In this document: one piece after another, positions 12,175-24,777 of the stretch
Position numbering within the stretch: position 1 is the first letter of the stretch
Layout of the letters: each line of letters opens with the position of its first letter
Source: Octopus bimaculoides
Lineage: Eukaryota
NCBI RefSeq assembly: GCF_001194135.2
Contig: NC_068982.1
Location: 6,411,949-6,452,328 of the forward strand
Direction of reading: 5' to 3'
DNA: 40,380 bases
Notes under the pieces: generated by a model
The model's input: only the letters and a program-made list of their open reading frames with translations
What the model was told of the DNA's origin: nothing
Databases searched by the model: none
Program-made: the position numbers and the translations under genes

Positions 12175-12523
12175 ATCATCATCATCATCGTTTAATGTCT
12201 ATTTTCCATGCTAGCATGGGTTGGGAAGTTCGACTGGGGTCTGGGAAGCCAGGAGGCTGCACCAGCCCCCAATCTGATCTGGCAGTGTTTCTACAGCTGG
12301 ATGCCCTTCCTTACACCTACCACTCTGTGAGTGTAGTGCCGGTGGCACATAAAAGCACCCACTACACTCTCGGAGTGGTTGGCGTTAGGAAGGGCATCCA
12401 GCTGTAGAAACTCTGCCAGATCAGATTGGAGCCTGGTGTAGCCTTCTGGCTTGCCAGTCCTCAGTCAAATCGTCCAACCCATGCTAGCATGGAAAGCAGA
12501 CGTTAAACGATGATGATGATGAT
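12175..12523. mobile_element. Two RTE 3' ends fused head-to-head inside (TA)n-rich sequence
   Basis: Minus copy 12175-12338 and plus copy 12336-12523 overlap at GTG; (CAT)n on the left, (GAT)n on the right. Confidence 0.85.
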
Positions 12524-12649
12524 ATATATATACACATATATATATAAACAGTCGATGCTTCCAAAATTTCCTTTATATGTCTATCTATCTATCTATCTCA
12601 CTCTCTCTATCTATCTTTATATATGTACTCAGCTTATGTTCTATGCACA

Positions 12650-13585
12650 TGATGCTAAGTGCAGGCAGTTCTTGAGGCAGGTTTGCTCTGAGTATCTTTT
12701 GATTTTCGTTAGATGTAAAAATAGCCCATCTTCTGGACAGTTTGTTAAAATAGGACATACAAATAGTTGAATGCTACATCTGGGAAAACTTCCACATCAA
12801 GAAAATCACAATGGGCATTATCTTGTTCATAATTTCATATGTATCTTTGAGGCAAATTTGTTCATCTTATGAATAGTTTTTTTTACTTGACATAATTATC
12901 CAGGAAATGAAAATTCTGAATGAAATTGCCTGATTTCACTCCTTAGGTTAATTTCAATAGTTTTTGAATATTCTTTGATCAAAGAATTGATTTTTCCAAG
13001 TAGCAATGTCTCTAAAGTTTTAAATCAACCAAAAATGCAAAGAATTCCTGGCAGCCAAGTTGTTTTAAGTGGGTGGAAAGAAATGGATTAAACTCAGCAA
13101 TTAAGGTCAAGGTAGTTGTCATTATTTTCTGGTCTAAAAGTTTCATAGCTTCCCTTAAAAGCTAAATGGCATTCTGCTAATGCTCATGTCACTGCAGCAA
13201 TATACTCAAATACTGGCCTCCATTATAAATATTTTTTAGTTTGCTCTGATACAATTGAATTTAAGATCGAAGTATAATTTCATGTCAAGTATACCAGCAA
13301 AATTTGCTTTATGCTCTGCAGAGTTTCCAAGATTTTAAATTGTAAAAATGGTTTGGTAGCTAAATAGAAACCCAGCAAAAAAAGGATGCAAAGAAATCAG
13401 TAAACACGGCCAATTGTTGAATAGTCTACCTCAAGTCATTCCTGATTGCATATTTCACTATTAAGTTTCTACCATTAAAGAACTAATTATTTCTCAAAGA
13501 CCCTTTCAACAATATCTGTCTTGATTTTTGAATGACCATTTAGAGATTTCAAATGTGTTGTTTCAGTGTTCATATTCTGTAAGAC
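12650..13585 (-). pseudogene. Decayed hAT transposase (ZMYM1-like, TTF zinc finger + DUF4371-type region)
   Basis: NSEICNQE*LEVDYSTIGRVY*FLCILF (~13380-13462) resembles NGE..REWLVYS...GRVYCF.CKLF. ALAECHLAFKGSYETFRPENNDNYLDL/IAEFNPFLSTHL (~13069-13190) resembles LAF(R/K)G...NNGNYL.L..FDPFL..HL. LYVLF/RRWAIF lies near 12715-12770. Stops and frameshifts throughout. Confidence 0.75.
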
Positions 13586-13589
13586 CATT

Positions 13590-13910
13590 ATGGAGCCAGT
13601 GGGTGAAGACAAGTGGTCAAGTGGTCAAGGTCACGAGTTCGATTCCCAGATGTGCATTGTGCCCTTGAGCAAGACAGTTTATTATACAATGAGATAAGTC
13701 CACTCAACTGGCAAAAATGAGGGGTACCTGTAATACAAAGGGGGCCAGCCTTGTCGCATTTTGAGCCACACTGAATCTCCTTGAGAACTATGTAATGGTT
13801 ATGCATATCAGTGGAGTGGTCAGCAATTTGCACATTAATTCCATGAACAGGCTGTTCCGTAGAGTGAATCAACTGGAACACTCATCGCTGTAACCAACAG
13901 AGTTCCAATG
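13590..13910 (+). mobile_element. tRNA-derived SINE with CORE-like segment (family E variant)
   Basis: GAGTTCGATTCC B-box, GTGCCCTTGAGCAAGAC CORE-like motif, and CCACTCAACTGGCAAAAATGAG shared with ~22775-22810. Confidence 0.65.
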
Positions 13911-14654
13911 TCAGTCACAAAGGTGTGCAAAGAATGGTTTTACTTAATGTAGAACAGAGAGGATTGCAAGATATTTGGTTTCTGCAATGAATCATTGAGC
14001 TGTGTGGAAAGTAAAAATTTATCTATGAGCAGCCACCATCTTTCAGAGTAAAGAGTGAAGCTTGGATTGCAGAGAAACTACAAATCATATATTATGAGAG
14101 CTTGTATAGTCACTTATTTTAAGTTATGTGCTTCTCAAGATTTTGTTTAATTCTGATTGATGAGGCACTTCCCATGCAGCCAATTACAGACTTGGATTGC
14201 ATGGAGAATTATAAAAAAACAAAACACTGAAGAGTTTCATTCAATACTTTATGCACAGAAGAAAGAAAACTGCTTTCTCATTCAGATAGGAAGAATGAGA
14301 GCGTGAGAAGGAGAAAAAAAATTAGGAATGAAATATACACATTTGCATGCATACCTACATATAAACTTGTGAGAATTATTCCAGCTACGTACGAGATCTC
14401 TTTCAACAACATTAAGACGAGCAACAAGACATTTCATGTGCAACTAGATATCGTAAAGCTACTAGTCATTACAGTGACTGAAGCCCCTATGTGAGGACTT
14501 TCTAAATACCAAAGACATGCTTTTCATTTCAAAACCTGTCAAGGAATTTTAAAACATTAAAACTTAGAAAATAGCCGAGAGTTCAAATCACTGTGCTCGG
14601 ATGCTATATTGCTAAGTTAGAGAGAAAGAGAGCAGAAAACTATCGTGCTTTTCT

Positions 14655-15216
14655 CATCATCATCATCATCATCATTTAATGTCCGTTTTCCATGCTAGCA
14701 TGGGTTGGATGGTTCGACTGGGTTCTGGGAAGCCAGGTGGCTGCACCAGGCCCCAATCTGATCTGGCAGTATTTCTACAGCTGGATTCCCCTCCTAACAC
14801 CAACCACTCTGAGAGTGTAGTGGGTGCTTCCTACGTGCCACCGGCACAGGGGCCAGATCAGCTGGCATCAACCATAATCGAACGGTGCTTTTCACATGCC
14901 ACTGGCACAGAAGCCAGTCAAAGCGGCACTGGCATCGGCCATGTTCGGATAGTGCTTTTTACGTGCTACTGGCACAGGGCTCACAACTCCAATTTCCATT
15001 TGATTTGATTTTGATATTGCTGTTGATGTTGATGTACTTGACTCTATAGGTCTCCTTAAGCACGGCATGTCACCCTACGATCCAAAGTACTTTTGAGTGG
15101 GCTGATTATGCAACACTGGTGTAGGTTACAGCTGTGGACTCACTTTATTTTCTGAGTCTTCTCAGTCACACCATACCTCCAGAGGTCTCTGTCTTTTGTC
15201 ATTGCCTTCATGTAAG
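14655..15216 (-). mobile_element. RTE 3' end including the last ORF2 codons
   Basis: Tail, repeat units, then MKAMTKDRDLWRYGVTEKTQKIK*. Confidence 0.85.
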
Positions 15217-15817
15217 AAAGTGCTAGATTTATAACATAATATTGTAAATAAGTACAAATATTGACAAAAAATTGTATGCTTTAATCTGATTATAAATCAG
15301 CACTATATATATAAAAGAAACACAAGAGCAATTAGCAGAAGACTAACCAATTTAAAGGGTTGTAATTTTCTTATGCAAGTTGCTTAGAATCAGCCCAGTA
15401 TTTCTGTTAGTGCTAGAGATGACTTTAGCCAAAGTGTAGTAGCTACTGAAAGAATTCTGTAATAGATGTTCAGTTGAGTTGGTGAAAATTTTAATGAAAT
15501 GCAGTAAGAGTCTGATAAATCATAGACTGGACATAGATAAATGAAGATTGAGACACAGAATGTACATTATCGTGAACTTGCATAAATGACAAAACATAAT
15601 TATTTGCTGTCAGAGAGCAACTTGACCTATAATGAAAGATACAAAAACGATATTCGTGCTTTAATGATATAGGGCAAAATGAAACCAATTAATTTTGTGG
15701 AGAAAAACAGCAAAGAAGAGATACTTTTTGTGCCAGATAAGGAAAAACAGAAGGTAAGCTCTTTTATAAATTAGCTAAACCTCAATATATAAAATAATCG
15801 ATATATATATATATATA

Positions 15818-16468
15818 ATCATCATCATCATCATCATCATTTAACGTCCACTTTCCATGCTGGCATGGGTTGGATGGTTTGACTGAGGACGGGCAAGCCA
15901 GGAGGGTGCACCAGGCTCCAATCTGATCTGGCAAGGTTTCAACAGTTGGATGCCCTTCCTAACACCAACCACTCTGAGAGTGTAGTCAGTGCTTTTTATT
16001 CGCCACTGGCACGGGGACAAATCAAGCGGTACTGGCTTTGACTGTACTCAAATGGTGCTTTTTACATGCCACTGGCATGGGAGCTGGTCGGGTGGCACTG
16101 GCATCGACCACACTTGAATGGTGCTTTTTCCATGCCACCAGTACAGGAGCCAGTGAGGCGGCACTGGCATTGACCATGCTAGAATGGTACTTTTTACATG
16201 CCTCCAGTACGGGAGCAAGTCTGGTGGACTTGCAGCGACCATGCTCAAATGGTGCTTTTTACGTGCCACCAGAATGGGTGCCGGTCAGATGATACTGGCC
16301 TTGGCCACGACAATGATTTCACTTGACTCAACAGATCTTTTCAAGCACATTATATTGCCTCATGATTGAAGGGTACTCTTAAACGGGCTATTTATGTGAC
16401 ACTGGCATAAGCCATGGTTACGGTCTCACTTGGCTTGCCTAGCCTTCTCAAGTACAGCATATCTCCAT
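15818..16468 (-). mobile_element. RTE 3' end with multiple 3'UTR repeat units and ORF2 end
   Basis: WRYAVLEKARQAK* at the upstream end; (CAT)n next to (TA)n. Confidence 0.85.
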
Positions 16469-16659
16469 ATGTGTATATATATATATATATATATATNNNN
16501 NNNNNNNNNNNNNNNNNNNNNNNNNNNNNNNNNNNNNNNNNNNNNNNNNNNNNNNNNNNNNNNNNNNNNNNNNNNNNNNNNNNNNNNNNNNNNNNNNNNN
16601 NNNNNNNNNNNNNNNNNNNNNNNNNNNNNNNNNNNNNNNNNNNNNNNNNNNNNNNNNNN

Positions 16660-16791
16660 CATTTGACGGATATTTGTCCTCATCTTGTTTGTTGTTAATA
16701 CATTTCGGCTGATATACCCTCCAGCCTTCATCAGGTGTCTTGGGGAAATTTCGAACCTGGTTTCTCATTCCTAAGATATTTTTCAATATTA

Positions 16792-16866
<75 letters not shown>

Positions 16867-16940
16867 TCACTGCCTGGAATCGAACTCGGCATTTTCAGGT
16901 TAGTAACCTGCGCTATTAGCTACTACATCATATGCCATGG
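16660..16940 (-). mobile_element. Family H copy 4
   Basis: Head, (ATT)n tract, and a hammerhead (16698-16738) with a deletion after GAAA. The 3' end runs into the gap. Confidence 0.8.
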
Positions 16941-17056
16941 GCTGGAGGGTATATCAGCCAAAACGTTGTATTAAGAACAAACAAGATGAGGACAAATATC
17001 CATCAAATGTAAATAATATAAATAATGTACATAGTATCTCATCTCTTAAATATAGA
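16941..17056 (+). mobile_element. Family H copy 5 (5'-truncated inverted partner of copy 4)
   Basis: Starts inside hammerhead stem II (GCTGGAGGGTATATCAGCC) and runs to the tail CTCATCTCTTAAATATAGA. Confidence 0.8.
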
Positions 17057-17792
17057 TCAGGAATATCTAACTTAGAAGTTTAAATATCTGACAACATCAG
17101 ACTTATATCGAAATTCACTCTGGTTGAATTACAAGCACTAAGTATGTCACCTGTAAAACATAGTGATAGATTTATGATATACTAAGAGAAGCTGTAATGC
17201 CATGACCAGTCTAAACTGCTCACATCTGAACTGAAACAATACCATCAAAATAATATTTCTGAATGTTGTATGGCACAGAACCTTGTTAAATCATGTTTCT
17301 TGATGTACACACGTAGTAAAAAGTGAACAAAATAGGGTACTTTAGCATAGTTTTAGAATTGATAGAATTTTCAGACTTGATTATATTAATATCATTTGTT
17401 TATTTAATCAAGGAGACTATTTGATATCTGACTTGTAAATGAGCTGGCATGATTTCTTCATAAGAGCAATGATGCTGGCATAAAGGAAACAGGCAAACCA
17501 AAACAAAATACCTCAAATTTGATAATCCAAGTGGCTTTCAACATAGCTGTAAAAATAATATGTAGAACAAAGTTATGATTCATGACAAAAAGTTTGGGTT
17601 TATATCAGATCACTAATCAACATTTACTACATATCTAAAGAGAAAAAGCAAATAAACAACTTTCAATGAGGAAAGAACTGCATAATTTGACAGGTTATTA
17701 TCAATCATCTATTGTAATTCAAAGAATGAAAACAATTCAGAGAAATATTTGAAAATAAGCTTAGTTATTGACCATCTCTCTCTTGGACCACG

Positions 17793-18002
17793 TTAGGATG
17801 ATGCATTTTACGTGCCACCAGATTGGCAACCAGTCAGGAGCCACTGGCTACAGCTACGATTTTGGTTTTACTTGACTCAACAGATCTTCTCAAGTATATC
17901 ATATCGCCCGGTGCATCAGGGGTACTCTTAAATGGGCCCGCCATGCAACACTGGCATCAGCCATGGCTGCGATCTCACTTTAGTTGCCAGGTCTTCTCAA
18001 TC
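17793..18002 (-). mobile_element. RTE 3'UTR internal fragment
   Basis: Matches 16300-16450 and the reverse complement of 8925-9080. Confidence 0.7.
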
Positions 18003-18912
18003 TCTGTGTGGGTGTGTGTGTGTGGTACTGTATGATAACATATCATAATAATATTTATTCTCTGATTTGAAGCAACAATTTTTAAAGACAAACAAATGAT
18101 TGAAGCAGAATTGAACCCACAAATCAATGCTTACATGGCTCCATGCACATCAGATTGGCCAAACGCTCACCCATCAATTTCAGTCAAATTTAGTTAATAT
18201 ATACTTAAACTGTCTAATGCTACATATAATATTTATAAACAAACCCAAAAGGCTTTGTAAGTTACAGAGAGAGAAAACTACTATGGAAGATTTATAGTAT
18301 AATATATATATACGTATATGTATATAAATGTATATATTAACACAAATGAGCTGAGATTCACTACAGCTGTTTCAGATGTGTTTTTTATCGATGCACAAAT
18401 CAGTTGCATCATGTAAAAGGAAAAAAAAACATTTTCTTCAAAAATTACAATCTAAAATTCAACATTTAGGATTTCTCATATAAAATTATAGAATGTATTT
18501 TGGCTCTCTTGTTCTGGCGCTGGTGTAAATTGAGAGAGTAAATTGAAGAAGGCTAGTTTGATGTTAAATATATGTAATAATGAATATGCCAACATCTCCA
18601 AAGAAAGGAGAAAGAAGAAAAGAACTCACATCTAGATCATAAGAAGATAGAGTTTGAGGCAGTTGGTTCCAATTACCAGATACAGTGTTTCAATGAGTTT
18701 GCATGCATGCCATGAAGATGCAAATAAGGAAATAAAAGGCGGCAGATAATAAAAGTAAAAATAAAAATAAAATAGAATAACCATTATAAGAAAACAATAA
18801 ATAATAAAATTAAAGATAGATACGTGCATATGTATGAATACATATCCGAAAGGTATAGCATTCACACACACACTCATGCACACATTCACATGTGTATGTG
18901 TGTGTATATATA

Positions 18913-18967
<55 letters not shown>

Positions 18968-19717
18968 TATATCTACTCATACACACAAATATATTTTTTT
19001 TATTAATATTTAGCAAAAAGCAACAGTGACTCAAGGGCCAAAAGTTTCATGTGTTGGTACTTATCAACCTATATATGTATATAGGACAACAAACATTAAT
19101 GCAAGGCAAATATATCAAGTTGTATACAATATTATTATTATTGAAAAAAAATTCAAAGTCTTACAGCTGTTTCTGGGATATCTTCCAAGTATGGGATATT
19201 CCATCATCAGAGACAAACAGGTAAAAATAGGCAAAATTGGAATGGTATATATTAATGAGATGATGATATAGAGGAAGGGAGTAAAAAATAAGATGGAAAG
19301 AAAGAAGAAAAAAGAAGCATATAATTCGTAGTTCAACTTTCTGGCATAATAGAAACAAGAGCATATGTCCTTTGGTGCAATCCTGTGTAGATCCATGAGT
19401 GCAAGTCCTAAGGTGCAATCCTGAGTAGATCCATGGGGGTTAAAATCCTGATATAGTAGACATCTAGAGAAAAAAGGCACGAACATGTCAATGTTCAATA
19501 ACAGAATGGTGGCGGAGGTGGTTATTAAGTGGTAAAAAGAAAGAAAAGAAATAGAAAGAGAGGTAGATAGAGTGAGAGGGGGGTATTTAAGGATTGGCTA
19601 TAGGATAAAGTAAGGTGCCTAAGAATTGTGTCTCAGCTATCACTTGGAGTCCTAGTAAACTGTTACAGCACTTACCTAATCATTTAGCTCACTTGTGAAC
19701 TAAATCCCAATACTTTG

Positions 19718-19765
<48 letters not shown>

Positions 19766-19856
19766 NNNNNNNNNNAAGGTAGCAAAGATCACAAAATAAC
19801 TGTGGTGTAATTCCTGTTAGTGAGGCAGAAACTCCTTGATATTTTGGGTATTTGAG

Positions 19857-19927
19857 TATATATAAAAATTTAAGGAATGGAGCAGTTATAACATGCGTTT
19901 ACTCCATTCCTTAAATTTTTATATATA
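19857..19927. repeat. Perfect 26-bp inverted repeat with 19-nt loop
   Basis: TATATATAAAAATTTAAGGAATGGAG (19857-19882) and its exact reverse complement (19902-19927). Confidence 0.9.
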
Positions 19928-19973
19928 TATATATATATATATAAATATATATACACACACACACACATACATA

Positions 19974-20026
19974 TCATCATCATCATTTAACGTCTGCCTT
20001 CCATGCTAGCATGGGTTGGACGATTT
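19974..20026 (-). mobile_element. Very short RTE 3' end
   Basis: (CAT)n-TTAACGTCTGCCTTCCATGCTAGCATGGGTTGGACG. Confidence 0.75.
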
Positions 20027-20162
20027 GCCACCCCTCACCTTACTGACAGCATCCCTATACAGGACTTGCACTGCTCTTACCAGCCAATGGTTTATCCCCA
20101 GTTTCTGCATTGAGGACTGGCATTTTTCATGAGAGATTTAATGAATTACTTGTACAGCATTG

Positions 20163-20190
20163 TCTTTCTTTCTTTCTTTCTTTCTTTATT

Positions 20191-20221
<31 letters not shown>

Positions 20222-20228
20222 CTCTTTC
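20163..20228 (+). repeat. (CTTT)n microsatellite
   Basis: Direct reading. Confidence 0.9.
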
Positions 20229-22301
20229 TATTGGCCAAATGTGAGACCAGTGGTTTCTCTAATCTGGTTGTTGCATATTGTTTTATTTTCTTTGCTGTCT
20301 TCTACGTGTATTTTAAAATGTTCACTAGTCTTGCATATTGTTGAAACAATTGTTGATTTGCTAAGTTGGCAAATTTAGAGAAACAAAAGTTGCAGAAATG
20401 ATAAACGAGATTGCGAGAAGATACTTATCGATAAGCATGTCATTGGTGAGTAGCAAACTATATACTGCCATTTTTGGTGGATGTCTTTTTTTCTGGACAC
20501 ATTCTAGATTGCATCAGTAAATAAAAAAAAATGCAAAATGAAGGTCTTAATTGAGGGAATTCACTTGTGAAGTGTACAATAGGTTCAGATATGTTCCAGA
20601 GTTGGTGTGTTTTCTGGGTCTGATAAGGAAAACCATGCTTTGTTACACAATTAATAAAGCTTGAAAAATGAGATATGTTTCTATACTGTGGGGAAAGGTA
20701 GGTGCTGACATTTTGGGCAGGGCCTTTCTTTAAAGAAATATAACTATTATTTGTTTCCTCAGATTCGAAATTTTGTTTTCTTTGTCTTTGAAAATCAATG
20801 TTTGTTACATGGAATTGTTATGTAATCTTATCTGTGATCATCACAAAATATCAAGAGAAATTTCCATTTTGTTCACAAGTAAGTAAATTTAGGTTTTTAT
20901 GCACACAGACAAAATTGGCGAGCTAGGGGTTAAAACAAAGAAAATGAAAAACAAAGTATTGAGATCTTGATTCTGTTATTAATGTTTGCAAACATTCAGA
21001 GATATCATCATAGTAAGGCTGATGAAGGCGGCAGTGGTGGTGATGGTGAGGAATGCATGTATGTTGATAAGCATCTAGATAAAGTAGCAAAGAAAATTTA
21101 TGTATGAACCGAAAACATGTATTAATTTATCAACAGATAAATGTAACAGATATTTATTTTCAGTTGAAATCAATGAGTTTCTTTCACTCTACTCAAGATT
21201 TTAGACACCACCTTGCCAATATCAATAAACAAAGTTAATAAAAAATTAAACAAACGAAATAATTTGATATCCAAATATGTCAGAAAATTAATATGATATA
21301 TTCATGAAATGGTTGTATTGTTTATATAAAAATAATATATAATACAATATTGTATATAGTATACTCACACACACACACCCATATATTTGTATATATATAC
21401 ATACATATATATGTGTATATATATAGGGAGATATATACATATGTGTGTNNNNNNNNNNNNNNNNNNNNNNNNNNNNNNNNNNNNNNNNNNNNNNNNNNNN
21501 NNNNNNNNNNNNNNNNNNNNNNNNNNNNNNNNNNNNNNNNNNNNNNNNNNNNNNNNNNNNNNNNNNNNNNNNNNNNNNNNNNNNNNNNNNNNNNNNNNNN
21601 NNNNNNNNNNNNNNNNNNNNNNNNNNNNNNNNNNNNNNNNNNNNNNNNNNNNNNNNNNNNNNNNNNNNNNNNNNNNNNNNNNNNNNNNNNNNNNNNNNNN
21701 NNNNNNNNNNNNNNNNNNNNNNNNNNNNNNNNNNNNNNNNNNNNNNNNNNNNNNNNNNNNNNNNNNNNATATATATAGATAGATATATATATATATTTCA
21801 TATACACATGTGCGCGCGCACTCCAAGTTTCTTCAGCCTATAAAAAAAGCATTTGCTTGGAAGTGTTGCCAACTTCTTATCATAGATTTTTGTCAGACCA
21901 GAGCTCTTCCTTACACCTATAAAAATAGTCTTCTGTAAAGTGAATTCTATCAAAGTTTAGTTTTGGTTCTTTCATAAATTTTTATTTGAGTTCCCTTTTA
22001 GACATGATAAACATACATCAAACTTGAAAAAAAAAAAAAGAAATAATAAATAGAAACAGGAAGGGAAAGGAAAAAGCAAAATACAGCTGACATTCTAAAT
22101 ATAAATCTGCTTCATTTCGGGAAAAATATAGACATATATTTGAGCTCTGTTAGCACCATAAATATTTATCTATTAATATTCATTCTATAATAGTCTTCAT
22201 GTGTATTTTGTTATTGAGACTTTAGCTAATGTACTATCTATACTTTGAGCAGCTTATATGCTTTAAGTATGACATAAGGGTTTCAATTCTTAGGTGAAAG
22301 G

Positions 22302-23129
22302 AAGGTGACAAGCTGGCAGAAACGTCAGCACACTGGGCAAAATGCTTAGTGGTATTTCGTCTGCCGCTAAGTTCTAAGTTCAAATTCCGCTGTGGTTCAC
22401 TTTGCCTTTCATCTTTTCGGGGGTCGATAAATTAAGTACCAGTTGCGTACTGGAGATCGATCTAATTGACCGGCCCCAAAATTTCAGGCCTTGTGCCTTG
22501 AGTAGAAAAGATTATTATTATTATTGTTATTATTATTATCATTATTATTATATCCTAAGGCAGAAAGCTGCCAGGTGAAATGCTTAGCGATATTCTGTCT
22601 GTCTTTACGTTCTGAGTTCAAATTTCGCCAAGGTTGACTTTGCTTTCATCCTTTCAGGGTCAATAAATTAAGTACCAGTTGTGTACTGAGGTTGATCTAA
22701 TCGACTGGCCCCACTCCCCAAAAATTTCGGGCCTTGTGCCTAGAATAGAAAAGATTATATCCTTTCTATCCATGGCTCCAGTCCACTCAGCTGGCAAAAA
22801 TGAGTAATCCTGTGACAGACCAGCGTCCCCTCCAGTGGGGGAATATATATGCCATCGAAACTGGGGAACTGGCCTTTTAGGGTCTGTATGATGCGAGAAA
22901 TAAACTTTAAGGCAGCGAGCTAGCAGAAACGTTAGCACGCAGGGCAAAATGCTTAGCGGTATTTCATCTGTCTTTACATTCTGAGTTCAAATTCCGCCGA
23001 GGATGACTTTGCCTTTCATCCTTTCGGTGGGGGTGATAAATTAAGTACCAGCTGCATACTGGGGTCGATCTAATCGACTGGCCCCTTCCCCAAAAATTTC
23101 GGGCCTTGAGCCTAGAGTAGAAAAGGAAA
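22302..23129 (+). mobile_element. Tandem cluster of three family A SINEs plus a family E 3' fragment (~22765-22890)
   Basis: Copies start at ~22302, ~22557 and ~22909. The cluster is bracketed by CTTAGGTGA(A/C)AGG at 22289-22301 and 23130-23142. Confidence 0.85.
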
Positions 23130-23309
23130 CTTAGGTGACAGGAATCATCATCAGTTTTAGAGATTTTGCTGGTAAACGACATCCTGGATACATATATTTT
23201 AATTCATGTTTACACTTTCTTTAAGTCTTGCTCTCTCTTATTTACTCTCTCTCTCTCTCTCTCTCTCTCCATATATACACATGACACACATGTGTATATC
23301 TTATATCTT

Positions 23310-23688
23310 TTTTATCCTTTATTGTTTGATTGTTTCAGTCATTTGACTGCAGCCCAACTGGAGCACCACCTTGAAGAGTTTTTAACTGAATGAATCGACC
23401 CCAGGTCTTATTTTTTTCTTTTAAGCTGAGTACTTTTTCCATTGGTCTCTTTTGTTGTGCTGCTAACTTACAGGGACATAAACACGCCAACACTGGTGGT
23501 CAAACAGTGGTAGAAGATAGACACAGGCGCGCACACACACACACACACACATGAGGCTTCTTTTCAGTTTCTTTTCGTTTCAGGCTTTTGTCGGCCTGAG
23601 GTTATAGCAGAAGACACCTGCCAAAGGGCCACGCAGTGGGATTGAAGCTAGTACCATGTAGAAAGGAAGCAAATTTTTTACTATGCTG
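23310..23688 (-). mobile_element. SINE family B, diverged full copy
   Basis: Reverse complement of head, internal (CA)n and the GGTGCTCCAG...CAGTC 3' end. Confidence 0.7.
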
Positions 23689-23939
23689 TCATCATCATCA
23701 TCATCATCATCGATATCATCATCATCATCATCGATATCATCATCATCATCATCGATATCGTCATCATCATTTAAAATCCATTTTCCATGCTGGCATGGGT
23801 TGGATGGTTTGACCAGAGCTGGCAAGCCAGAGACCTGTACCAGATTCCAGTTTGATTTGGCATGGTTTCTGCAGCTGGATGCCCTTCCTAATGCCTTCAA
23901 TGTGGCACCAGCATGACTGCTTTTTACATGGCACCAGTA
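23688..23939 (-). mobile_element. RTE 3' end with long (CAT)/(CATCGAT) tail
   Basis: Conserved tail motifs. Confidence 0.75.
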
Positions 23940-24407
23940 TAAGAATCTTGCAGGCCAATTCTCTTCAGTAGGAGGAACAGCCTTAAGACTTCTGCTGTGG
24001 TGTACAGGTATTCTTGAGTACAAGGCACCAGATATGTTGGTCCTTTGTCAATAAGATTTTCATGGAAAAGATAAGCAGTGATTTTGAAATTTCATTTTGT
24101 TTGGCTTCTTCAGACTGCCTGATGAAGGTTAAAAAGCTGAAGTTCTGAAGTCATTATCCATCTTTTCTTGTAAAATATAACAAATATTTTCTTCACCAAT
24201 TCCATTACAATGTGTACTGGGTTCATTTTGTCATAGCACCAGTACCTTTGGTGTTGTCTTGTCCCCAAATCCTCAGCACTCCCTGTCATCCGCATTCATT
24301 CAGAACAACATGATGAACAAAGTAGAAGTGCAGGAAACTGTTGTGGATGAATTAGAAAGAAGGAGAGAAAGAGAAGAGAGTATGACAGGAGCAATGCATG
24401 ACTGGAT

Positions 24408-24681
24408 TCATCATCGTTTAACGTCTGCTTTCCTTCCTGGCATGGGTTGGACGGTTTGAGGGAGGACTGGTGAAACCAGATGGCTGCACCAGGTTCCAAT
24501 CTGATCTGGCAAGGTTTCTGCAGCTGGATGCCCTTCCTAATGACAACCACTCTGAGAGTGTAGTGGGTGTGATTTACAAGCCACAGGAGTCAGTCAGGTG
24601 GCACTGGTATCAGCCACACTCGAATAGTGCTTTTTACATGCCAGTGGCATGGGAGCCAATCAGGTAACACTGGCATTGACC
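24408..24681 (-). mobile_element. RTE 3' end
   Basis: Conserved tail plus repeat units. Confidence 0.8.
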
Positions 24682-24777
24682 AGTGAAAGAGGAAGAGACA
24701 GAGCTAGAGGAATGATGGCAAAAATTAATTATAAGGCGGTGAGCTGGCAGAAACGTTAGCACCCCTCCCCCACCTCA

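Noticed and set aside
19374-19435. 38-bp partial tandem duplication
   Set aside because: An ordinary local duplication with no further structure.
23960-24300. Coding-like minus-strand stretch (NLIDKGPTYLVPC...) as a possible Penelope ORF remnant
   Set aside because: The resemblance is limited to a few residues, with no RT or GIY-YIG motif. No autonomous PLE is visible in this window.
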